A DNA stretch of 64,000 nucleotides, taken from assembly GCA_004431415.1 (NCBI GenBank), contig QPMI01000122.1, positions 62,001 to 126,000 of the forward strand, given 5' to 3'. Of the stretch, positions 46,501 to 56,700 are shown in pieces (the stretch's first letter is position 1; each line of letters starts with the position of its first letter). The stretch is from Cyanophora paradoxa CCMP329 (lineage: Eukaryota > Plantae > Glaucophyta). The notes beneath the pieces are model-generated. The model made no database searches. It saw only the letters and a list, made by a program, of their open reading frames with translations, and was not told the DNA's origin. A program made the translations under genes and the position numbers.

Positions 46501-48099
46501 CGCCGTGGAGGCCCTCCCGCCGGCCGAGCGGCTCGACACGCGCGCCTACAACGGCCTCCTGCGCGCCCTCGCCGCCTCGCGCTGCGGCGCCGACGAGGCG
46601 CTCGCCCTCCTGCGGCACCTCTCGAGCCTCGGGGCGCGCCCCGACGAGGAGACCTGCGCGCTGCTCGTCGAGGCCTGCGTGCAGGCCGGCCGCGCCGGCG
46701 AGGCCCTCGCGGCGCTGCGCGAGATGACGGCCGCCGGCGTCCGCCCGACGCCCGTGACGTACAGCAGCCTCGTGCGGGCCCTCGCGGGGAGCATGCAGCA
46801 GGAGGCCGCCTTCGGCCTCCTCGCCGACATGCGCGGCGCGGGGCTCGAGGGCGACGCCCGCGCCGCCCGCCGGGCCTACGGCGCGCTCGTCGAGTCGTTC
46901 ATCGCGAGCGGCGAGCCGCTGCGGGCGCTGCTGGGCCTGCGGGAGATGGAGGAGCGCGGCCTGCCGCCGCCCCGCGCCGCCTTCGAGCGCCTCATCGACG
47001 CCTTCTCCGGCTCCGAGCGCGTCGACGAGGCCTTCGCCGTCTTCCGGTACCCCCCGCCCGCCCCCCCCCCCTCCCTCTCTTCGGGCCTGACGGGGGGCGG
47101 GGCGCAGGATGATGGAGGGGGCGCTGGGGGGCCCGACCCCGCGGGCGTACGGGGCGCTGATCGAGGCGCTGGCACGGGCGCGGGAGCCGCTGCGGGCGAC
47201 GCTCGGGCTGCGGGAGGCGGAGTCGCGGGGCCTGCGCCCCGGGCTCCCCACCTACGACCGGGTGGTCCAGCGCCTCGGCGAGGCGCGCGAGGTCGACGCC
47301 GCCTTCGCCGTCCTCGGCCGCATGCAGGCCTCGTACCCCCGCGCCCCCGCCCGCCCGGGCGCCTACGCCGCCCTCGTCGAGGCCTGCGCCGGGCGCGGCC
47401 TGCTGTTGAAGGCCCTCCTCGGCGTCGCCGAGCTCCAGCGCGCCCTCGACGCCGGGGTCGGCGCCGCCGCCCTCCCGCCCGCCGCCGCCGCCGCCGCCGG
47501 CGAGGGGGCCGCCCCGGACCGGCACCTGCGGCGGGCGTACAGCGCGGCGCTGGCGGCGCTGACGGAGCGGGACGCGGGGGACGGGTACGAGCTCTACCGC
47601 GCGGTGCGGCGGCGCTGGGGCCTCGAGCCCGACGACGCCGCCCTCGCCATCCTCCTCTCCGCCCACCTCGACGGCTCCCCGCTCCTCCGGCCCATCCCCC
47701 CCCCCCCCCCCCCCGAGCGGCCCCCCTCCCCGGCGCCCCTCCTCCTCCCCGCCTCCGCCTCCCCCCCCCCCGGGGACGAGAGCGGCCTCCTCCTCCCCAC
47801 CGCCCTCTTCGCCCCCCGCGGTCCCACCCCCGCCAAGCCTTAGTGCTGCCCTTTCAAAGGTCCGGTTGGATGTCGTCCCTGCAGCATCGGCGCACCCGCT
47901 CATCAGGTTTTCAAGCCCTCGTGTGTCTTTTACAACTTTCAAGCTTTTTGCATATTGTGTGTCCGATGAATCATGTACCTTTGTCTCGGGAGATCTAGAG
48001 GAATAGATTAGACCTTCAGGTAGTGTGTGTTGCCATGTCGTGTGCATGTCACCCTTGCAGTTATGATGTTTTTTTTTTTTTGAATATTTCAACTTGCTA
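43512..48099 (+). repeat. Segmental direct repeat, copy 1 (PPR gene plus flanks)
   Basis: Aligns to 53705-57825, from agcgcgtctatccgtatcac to caacttgcta. Confidence 0.93.
43644..47843 (+). CDS. Organelle (probably plastid)-targeted pentatricopeptide repeat (PPR) protein, intact copy
   Basis: Presequence MEATAFLSS..; 35-aa motifs PDVLSYNTLV, PDAVTYSTLV, PNLVTYN, DVTTWNACL, PSARLYNVAI, PTPVTYSSLV. Confidence 0.9.
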
Positions 48100-48215
48100 G
48101 GGCTGAATTATGAACGGCACTGAAAACTTCCGATGACCTGATTACGAGCACATCGGAGCAATCATAATGAAAACATTATGGGTCATTACGCCACAACGCG
48201 CCTTCACCTTGAGAG

Positions 48216-50019
48216 TTAGGCAAAAAGTTGGGAGAGAAACCCTAAAATACCGTCGAAAGAAATACATGCTGTGTCCTCAGCATCAGATGTATCTTCTGCA
48301 CCTCCAATCACGCTGGCGCCTTCAGAACAAGCACTCTCCACTTCGCCACCCCTTGCCACAGATCGCGGGGCCGCCACGCCCGCTGCTGCAGCCTCGCCGC
48401 CCGTGGACCCGCCATTGCCCCCCGCCTCTGCCCCATTGCCGCTTGCCGTTGATCGCGGGGCCGCTACGCCCGCCGCTGCAGCCTCGCCGCCCGTGGACCC
48501 GCCATCGCCCCCCGCCTCCGCTCCGCTGCCGCTTGCCGTTGATCGCGGGGCCGCCACGCCCGCCGCTGCAGCCTCGCCGCCCGCGGACCCGCCATCGCCC
48601 CCGGCCTCTGCTCCGCTGCCGCTTGCCGTTGATCGCGGGGCCGCTACGCCCGCCGCTGCAGCCTCGCCGCCCGCGGACCCGCCATCGCCCCCCGCCTCCG
48701 CTCCGCTGCCGCTTTCCGTTGATCGCGGGGCCGCTACGCCCGCCGCTGCAGCCTCGCCGCCCGCGGACCCGCCATCGCCCCCCGCCTCCGCTCCGCTGCC
48801 GCTTTTCGTTGATCGTGGGGCCTCCACGCCCGCCGCTGCAGCCTCGCCGCCCGTGGACCTGCCATCGCCCCCCGCCTCGGCTCCGCTGCCGCTTGCCGTT
48901 GATCGCGGGGCCGCCACGCCCGCCGCTGCAGCCTCGCCGCCCGCGGACCCGCCATCGCCCCCGGCCTCCGCTCCGCTGCCGCTTGCCGTTGATCGCGGGG
49001 CCGCTACGCCCGCCGCTGCAGCCTCGCCGCCCGCGGACCCGCCATCGCCCCCCGCCTCCGCTCCGCTGCCGCTTTCCGCCGATCGGGGTGCCGGGGGGCT
49101 CGTAGGATCCTCCGATTCCGAAATGTTTTTTTCAGTTGCCTTGGCAATTGCCTCCTCGTACCCGCCTGTCGATGGGCCCACGTCCAACCTAACGAGCGGT
49201 TTTTGCTCGAGATCGAACTGGCGGTGGCGTTAAAAGGGGAGGCTTGAATAGGAAGCGTAGCAGAGGCGCAAGGCACACGTGGTTGCGCTGTTTTGCAATC
49301 CCCAGACCGTGAGTAAAGCTCTGCAGCCCGCAGCGCCACGTGCAGCAACCGTCCACAAGCACTCGCGCGCCAGGATCTGCCCTCACTCCTGTCCGACCCA
49401 CCTCGTGCAAGTAGCAGCGTCTCACCTGGGCGCACATTGAAAAAATAGAAAGATAGCGAAAATATACGGCCAGAACCTCGCAAAGAGCTGCCTTCTGAAT
49501 CCAGATGGCTTCTCCGTCACATGGGCCCACGTCGCAGTTCTCGATAACAGCACGCGCGCCCGTGCCGCCCTCGATAATGACTGCGCTGGTTCGGGGCGCG
49601 GATGCTTGCAGCCGGCACCGAGTGATCCGAAGCTCGCCTTCCTCAGACTCGCTCCAACAAAGAGCGCCTTTTACGAGAGCATCCTTTGGTATGCGGACAT
49701 CACACCGATCGAAAATGCATTTGCCGGCGCGTACGTTCAGTTCCGCGCCGCCGACGATCGTCAAGTTGACAAAAGTGATTGTGCTGCCTGTTCCAGCACG
49801 CAACTCAATGGTCGGTCTGGAAAAGTCGTGCGAGCGTATAGATGCATTACGGCCTACAATCGTAAGCTGAGCTTCGGCCGGAATAACCGCCGAGACGTTT
49901 GCATCAAGCTCGCCGACCACTACGACGGTGCCTGCCCATCCGATCGCTTCGCCTGCAGCATCCAAGCTCTCGTACGCGTTGTCAAATTGGTGCCGAGACA
50001 CCAAGACCAGCGCTCTCAT
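48216..50019 (-). CDS. Right-handed beta-helix (pectin-lyase-like) protein with a Gly/Ala/Ser-rich 30-aa repeat tail
   Basis: ITFVNLTI, CIFDRCDV, LRITRCRL, AVIENCDV, VRRCYL, VLVDGC beta-helix rungs; two GT-AG introns (~49426-49476, ~49218-49279) splice in frame into the repeat ORF 48216..49187. Confidence 0.65.
48361..49085. repeat. 90-bp tandem repeat, 8 near-identical copies
   Basis: gatcg unit starts at 48361, 48451, 48541, 48631, 48721, 48811, 48901, 48991 (partial at 49081). Confidence 0.97.
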
Positions 50020-50057
50020 GAATTCAATTGCATCGGTACCCCCTGACGACACACCTC

Positions 50058-50129
50058 AGTGACACCTGAGTGACACCTAAGTGACACCTGACACGGTGTC
50101 ACGGAGGCTCGTGTCAGCCGATCGTGTCA
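50058..50129. promoter_or_regulatory. TGACAC motif array in the divergent promoter (4 forward + 3 reverse copies)
   Basis: AGTGACACCT(G/A) x3 at 50058-50090; TGACAC at 50089; GTGTCA at 50096, 50111, 50124. Confidence 0.6.
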
Positions 50130-50277
50130 GTCAGCTGCTGCTCAGCGGCAATCGCATCGACAGATCGGGGGTCGACTGGTTGTTGTTTGCGGCAAGCGCT
50201 GCGGCCTACAGGTGATCGTAGATGCACGCAGGAATGATCGCTTTGAAGATTATCGCAAAGTATGACACAAACCGTAG

Positions 50278-52427
50278 ATGGCGGGCGCTAAAAACTCATA
50301 CGTTGTGAAAAGGCAGCTCGACTTTCTGGAAGACGATGCCATCTATGCGCAGTTACAGCAGTGGATCGGATTTCCGTGCGCATGTTGTGTTTGCTATTTG
50401 CTTCGTAAGCACTGTGTTGGTTATTTTTCTGACAAAGCGCTAGATTCACGTTTTCAAAATTGTACGAGGCATCGAGCCTCAACAACACTGTTAGCGGACC
50501 AGCTTTCCATTCGGCTTGCGATAATAAAGGTCCTACGATTACTATAGCTCGTATGGGGACTGGTCACATCATTGGCGGATTCACAATGCAATGCTGGGCA
50601 AAAGTGCAATTTCATTTCATCAATTTCCTGTACTGAATTCGAATTTAATTTTGGAACTGCATTTCGTAGGGTGCAACTGTGAGTGGAAGTTACTCTTGTG
50701 GCGAAGATCGACTTGCGTTTATTTTTGCTCTTTGTGGTGCAAATGGCCTCATGAAACCGATTCTGGGGCGGATCAAAGAGGCGAACTACAAAACAGCCAT
50801 TTTGCGTGCAGATAATTGTGGACCAACCTTTGGTCTTCCGCAAGCAAAGGATTGCTACAGCTATCCTGATTTAAGCTCTGTTGATCTTTCTTTCTTCAAC
50901 AATCAGTGGAAATTCACTGCACGTTCATTTTGTTATTCCATTCCTGCAAACACGTTTCCTCCTGATGGTACTGTGGTGGAGAGACTGGAAGTTTACAGTG
51001 TTGAACTTTCCCTGGATGGTGGTAAGTTGTGGTGGCTTTAAGATGGTGGTACTAGTGTGGTACAGCTGACAGCTTGCAGCTTCTCTTGATTTTAGCCAAC
51101 TTGAAGTTTCGACTGGCCCAAAAGTAAAGCTCTGGCAGAAGCTATCATTCAATGAGAAGTCTGCAATTTGCCTCCACTTCTGTGTGGCCTTTACTCAGTC
51201 TGCATCAGGTCTCGAGACGAGCTGCTTGCAAAACTCCGTTCTCGCAAACCCAAGGGTGCTGAAAGGCTGCATGTACCCGCATATAACATTCTTCTTTTCG
51301 CTGGTGTTGGTGCTGGTTTGCCCCTTCTTCCTTCCCTTCTCCATTCCCGGCAACCAACCACCGTGAACAGGAAAATCATCATTTGTCAACACGCTGGACA
51401 CTGCACTGCGTGGGCGCCTGTCTTCTATTGCAATGGTTGGAAAGGGGTCTCGATCCATCACTTCAATTCTTGCAAAGCGCCGCCTGCACTCGACTGCTGC
51501 GATCAACCTTTGGGATACAATGGGTGTGTTTGATTTTCTGCTCATTTTTTTCATTTATCCACCAGGATGCAACAGGATTCACGGTAGAAGTCGAAAAGAA
51601 GATGGAGTTTACTCAAATGTTTCACTATCTTGTAAGTGGCAATCTTGTGGATAACTTCGACCTGTCCAAGTTTGTATTGCTCTGGGTTTCAGTTAAATCT
51701 GTTTTTCTTCAGTAAAAACTCATGTTTTCTTCTGCACGCAGGGAGATTTTGGTTGACACCCCTGGCATTGTATGATGTCTTCTGAATTTGAAACTTTTGC
51801 ATGTCTCTGAGTCACTTGTGTGCCTCACAGAATCTGGCTCCAACATTGGCCGACCGGGTGCATATTGTTGCACTTCTGGTCCCAGAGGAGAGTGCTTCAG
51901 ATGATGTGTACATGGGGCGACTTTGCGAGTTTTTAAAAATTACAAATAAGCCTAACATAGGTGTGTTGGTTGCTTGTTTTAGTTGCTTGCACGATTGCGA
52001 GTCGAACTCTACTTTTTTGCATAGCCAAGGTGGTGGTTCTCCTGAGCAAGGTGGACAGGGCAGACCCAGCTTTGCTTGAGGATGATCTTTCGAAGGTCGA
52101 CTCCAGTGCTCGTGTTGCTGAACGGCGAAAGCTCATCGCACAAAAGGTGTAAATGTCGCTGTTCTATTTCCAAAGAAGCTTACCAAGAAGCCTTTAGGTC
52201 GGTTTACAACCATTTATGGTTATCCCTATTAAGAACTACTATGAGGAAGGCTCTCCTGATGTTGCTGTGGATGTGCTCGCTTTGGATGCGCTCTGGTGCA
52301 CTTCTTCCCTGCCCTTGGACCCAAATGCATGTGTTTGACGGTGTGAAACAGGCGTATGCTGGATTGTGCAGACGATTTCTTGGTAGAGCAGGCACGGATC
52401 ATGGGTATCAAAATTGATGAAGACTGA
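50278..52427 (+). CDS. IFI44/IFI44L-like protein (N-terminal TLDc + C-terminal P-loop GTPase)
   Basis: TLDc: KLYEAS..FHSACDNKGPTITI..IIGGFT..AFIF..GPTFG..LEVY. GTPase: NILLFAGVGAG|KSSFVNT, LWDTMG, PTLADRVH, VVVLLSKVD, VIPIKNY, LDALWRMLDCADDFL; about 10 introns. Confidence 0.9.
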
Positions 52428-52519
52428 TGTTGAATGCCATAATGCAAAAGTACATTACATGTACATGACTGCACGCTTGGAGAAAAGTAAAAGTAAACTT
52501 GGTTAATGCAAAATTTGTA

Positions 52520-53552
52520 TCATGATGCGTATCGAATGAGCTGATCTGCAAGGTCGCCAATGAGTTTTTTATTCTGTTCAGCAGAGAGCAAGGTCGCAGG
52601 AGCTATGTCATCAAACACGGCATCAAATATATGGCCACATCGTCCACGTCCTTGAACAGCTGCAAGAGCCTCCGAAACGTATCCCTCGCACTGAAATCTG
52701 GATATTACGCAGGATAATCTGAAATCGAGATCAGTAAAAGATACCTTGCCCTCGACTGGACTGCTCTGCCCTTCAATTGCAACCTGGTGCATGAAGACCA
52801 CAATCCGCGCTCGGGCATCTGAGAGAGTCATTAAGCTCATTTTATGCCGAGTGTTCGAACGATAAGTACCCTGAGAGACTTGTTGAAGGCGCAAGGTGAC
52901 TTCCTCTGGCTGAATTCGCGACTCAGAACGGTAGAAGAGGATAATGGCATCTGCTGATGCATCCGACGTCTGTCCTTCCCCATCGAGCAAGAGCTCCACT
53001 TGACGATCCAGCAGGATACGCCGAACCTCTGCCATAAGAACACGAGTGACGTCGGTTCTTTTGAATTCAAGCGTCCCACGGACAGCAGTGCGGACTTGAA
53101 CTGCGACAGAGTAAGAGAAGAGACAACAGCCGAGCCAAAACAGTGCCAAACCTCTCTTCAATCTCGGTGGTGGCACGGGCGGAGCTGAGAAGTGCCGATT
53201 CTGTGCGCCCATCCGAGGCGGTACCAATTCCGGTGCAGAGCACAACGCCCGCACGGAAGAGCTGTAAGGGGCAATCGGCATCCTGCTGTCTTGGCGCAGC
53301 TTATCGATCTCGTCCATGAGCGCTAGAACGAGCTCGCTTAGTAGCGCATCCTGTTCACGTAGCGCTTCAAGCGCTCCATGAAAGCTGAACTCTGATCGAG
53401 TCTGCGAGAGCCGTCGCTCTCGCAAAATTGGGGCCAATACACAACATTTGAACCTGGCGGAGCGTTCTGATAGCCCAGGCGATTGCCTCTGGAGTGCGCG
53501 CTTGTCTGCGATGATCTGCCTCGACACCTGGTCGACTGCTGCTTATGCCCAT
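52520..53552 (-). CDS. Putative N-myristoylated protein: short coiled coil, Pro-rich linker, TIR/flavodoxin-like alpha/beta domain
   Basis: Spliced start MGISSSRPG..; PPVPPPR; ADAIILFYRSESRIQPEEV..ARIVVFMH..IFDAVFD..LLSAEQNKKLI. Confidence 0.6.
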
Positions 53553-53704
53553 CTCTGTCTGCCCACGCATCGGATGTCTTATGTGATCTTATATCTGCAT
53601 GCGTACGTTTGACGGACTGCTAGCTGCGTCAAAAAGGCACCACGTCAAAGGCACGACGACGAGCAGCTCGTTCATCAGCTAGCTCAGCAGCTAGTCTAGG
53701 GTAC

Positions 53705-56700
53705 AGCGCGTCTATCCGTATCACACAGACGGGGTGGGCACGCACCATATGTACACGCGCGAAGAAAGAACGCTGGTCAGGGGGGACTACTGGGGGGTAG
53801 AGTGCGTTCCTGGGGTCGAGGCCACAGCCGGGCAGGCGGGATGGAGGCCACCGCGTTTTTGAGCTCTGCCATTGGTGCTGGACGTTTGTGGACGCTGGCG
53901 AGTGATGCCGACGCAATGAGAACAACCTCATCCACCACAACGCGCTCCTCAAGGCCGTGGTGCCCCGCGCCGCCGCCGCCCCGCCCTCACGTGCGGCCCC
54001 TCGGCTTAGCTCTTGCGCGCAGTGCGGGGCGCGCGCGGTGGACCGGGCGCGGGCCGTGCTGGAGCGCATGGAGGCGGCGGCCTGTGGGGGCGCCAGCGCG
54101 GCGGACGCGTGCGCGCCCGACGTCCTCTCGTACAACACACTCGTCGCCGGTGCGGCCGCCTCCTCCGCCCGCCCGCCCCGCCCGCCAGCGGCCGGGGCCC
54201 GACGGGGAACGGGGCGGGGCGGGGCAGGCTACGCGAGCGAGGGGCGCGTGGAGGAGGCGGAGGCGCTGGTGGCGCGCATGCGGGCGGCCGGCGCGGCGCC
54301 CGACGCGGTGACCTACAGCACGCTCGTGCACGCCTGCGCCCGCGCCCTCCCGCCCCGCATGGACCTCGCCGAGAAGGCCCGCCCGCCCGCCATCCCCGCC
54401 GCCCCGCGCCCGCCCCGGGCTGACGGCGGGGGCAGACGGTGGCCGAGATGCGGGCGGCCGGCGTGCAGCCGAACCTCGTCACCTACAACGTGCGCCCCGC
54501 CTCCCCACCCCTTTCCTGCGCATCGCCGACGGGCGAGCCGGCGGGTGGACGGGCGGCAGACGCTGGTGCACGGGTACGCGGCAGCGGGGATGGCGGCAGA
54601 GGCCCTCGCCACCCTCCGCGCCCTCGTGCGCCCCGGCCCCGCCCCCGCCCCGCCCCCGCCCCGCGCCGCCGACGGGCTTGCAGGAGGGCGAGCTGGGGAC
54701 GGACGTGACGACGTGGAACGCCTGCCTGCACGCCTGCTTCCGCGCCGCCCGCCCCGAGGCCGTGCGCCCCGCCCCGCCCCGCCCCGCCCCGCTCTGGCCG
54801 CCCCGCTCACGCCCCGGGGCAGGCGCAAGCGCTCTTCGACCGGATGGAGGGCCGCCCGGCCGCGGGGCCCGCCGCGGGGCCCGGCCCGCCCCGCCCCCGC
54901 CCCAACGCCGTCACCTACAGTGCGCCTCTCGCCTCGCTCTCGTGGCCCCGCGCGCCGCGCCGGGCGGGGCGGACGGGGCGGCAGGCACGATGATCGGGGC
55001 CTGTGCGACGCCGGCGCGCCGGGGCCCGCCCGCGCCCTCCTCCGCCGCCTCGTGCGCCTCCGCCCGCCACGCCCGCCCCGCTCGCCGCCAACGCGGCGGG
55101 GCGCAGGCGGCGGAGGGGGCGCCGCGGCCGCTCCGCGCGGCGGCGACGACGGCGCTCCTCGACGGCCTCCGCCGCGCCGTGCGCCCCGCCCCGCCCCGCC
55201 CCGCCCGGCCTCCCCTCCTCACCCGCGGCGCAGGGGCGGGCGGAGGAGCTGGCGGAGGCGTTCGAGGAGGCGGAGCGGGCCGGCCTCGCGGACGCGCGGC
55301 TGTACGCGGCGGCGGTGGCCGGCCTGGCGCGGGGCGGGCGGCCGGCGGCGGCGGAGGCGGCGCTGCGGGAGATGCGGCGGCGCGGGCACGCGGCCGGCGA
55401 GGCGCTCTTCGGGGCCGTCCTCGACGCCTTCGTGGCCGCGGGGGACGGCCCCGGGGCCGACCGCCTCCTCGGGGCGCAGCGGGAGGCGGGGGTGCCGTGC
55501 GGGGACGCCGTGCGGCTGACGGCGGCGCTGCGGTGCGGCGTCTCGCACGGGCGCGCGATGGAGGTGTTCCGGGACCTGGGCGAGGGGCGGCCTGGCTCGC
55601 GGCCCTCCGCCCCGACGCCCGCCTCTACACCGCGCTCCTCGAGTCCTGCGCCCGCGACCGCAACGCCCGCGACGCCCGCGCCGTCTTCGCCGCCGCGCCC
55701 CGCCCCGACGCCGTCCTCTGCGGGCCCGTGCCCCTCCTCCCCCTCTCTTTCCCCTCCCTGCGCCCCTGACGCCCCGGCGCAGGGTGATGATGCGGGCGTA
55801 CCTGCGCTCGGGGCTCCCGCGGGAGGCCCTCGCCCTCTTCGACACCCTCCGCCGCGAGCGCCGCCTCGCCCCCACCGCCGTCCGCCCCGCCCCGCCCCGC
55901 CCCCGTCCCGGACTGACGGCCCTCTCTGTCTCTCTCTCTCTTTCGGCGCAGTCGTGCTACGCGGCGGCGGTGGACGCGGCGACGCGAGCCGGGGACGGGG
56001 CGCGGGCGGCGGGCCTGGTGCGGGAGATGCGGCGGGCGGGCCACCGGCCCTCGGCGCGCCTCTACAACGTCGCCATCCAGAGCCAGGGGGCCCTGGGCCG
56101 CGCCGACGCCTGCTTCGAGCTCTACGAGGAGATGCGCGCCGCCGGCGTCGCCCCCACCGCCCTCACCCTCTCCTCCCTCATGGCCGCCTGCGTCCGCTCC
56201 GGCGAGCCCCGCCGCGCCCTCGGCCTCCTCCCCGCCGTGGAGGCCCTCCCGCCGGCCGAGCGGCTCGACACGCGCGCCTACAACGGCCTCCTGCGCGCCC
56301 TCGCCGCCTCGCGCTGCGGCGCCGACGAGGCGCTCGCCCTCCTGCGGCACCTCTCGAGCCTCGGGGCGCGCCCCGACGAGGAGACCTGCGCGCTGCTCGT
56401 CGAGGCCTGCGTGCAGGCCGGCCGCGCCGGCGAGGCCCTCGCGGCGCTCCGCGAGATGACGGCCGCCGGCGTCCGCCCGACGCCCGTGACGTACAGCAGC
56501 CTCGTGCGGGCCCTCGCGGGGAGCATGCAGCAGGAGGCCGCCTTCGGCCTCCTCGCCGACATGCGCGGCGCGGGGCTCGAGGGCGACGCCCGCGCCGCGC
56601 GGCGGGCCTACGGCGCGCTCGTCGAGTCGTTCATCGCGAGCGGGGAGCCGCTGCGGGCGCTGCTGGGCCTGCGGGAGATGGAGGAGCGCGGCCTGCCGCC

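Noticed and set aside
48361-49085. Possible CRISPR array
   Set aside because: Contiguous 90-bp units with no unique spacers, no cas genes, eukaryotic context
48167-49233. + strand Pro-rich extensin-like ORFs over the VNTR
   Set aside because: The minus-strand frame splices cleanly onto the beta-helix exons; the + ORFs lack a signal peptide and context (not fully excluded)
48100-53704. Bacterial or viral contamination, or very recent prokaryotic HGT
   Set aside because: All three genes contain multiple spliceosomal introns, and native ATG1 has similar composition
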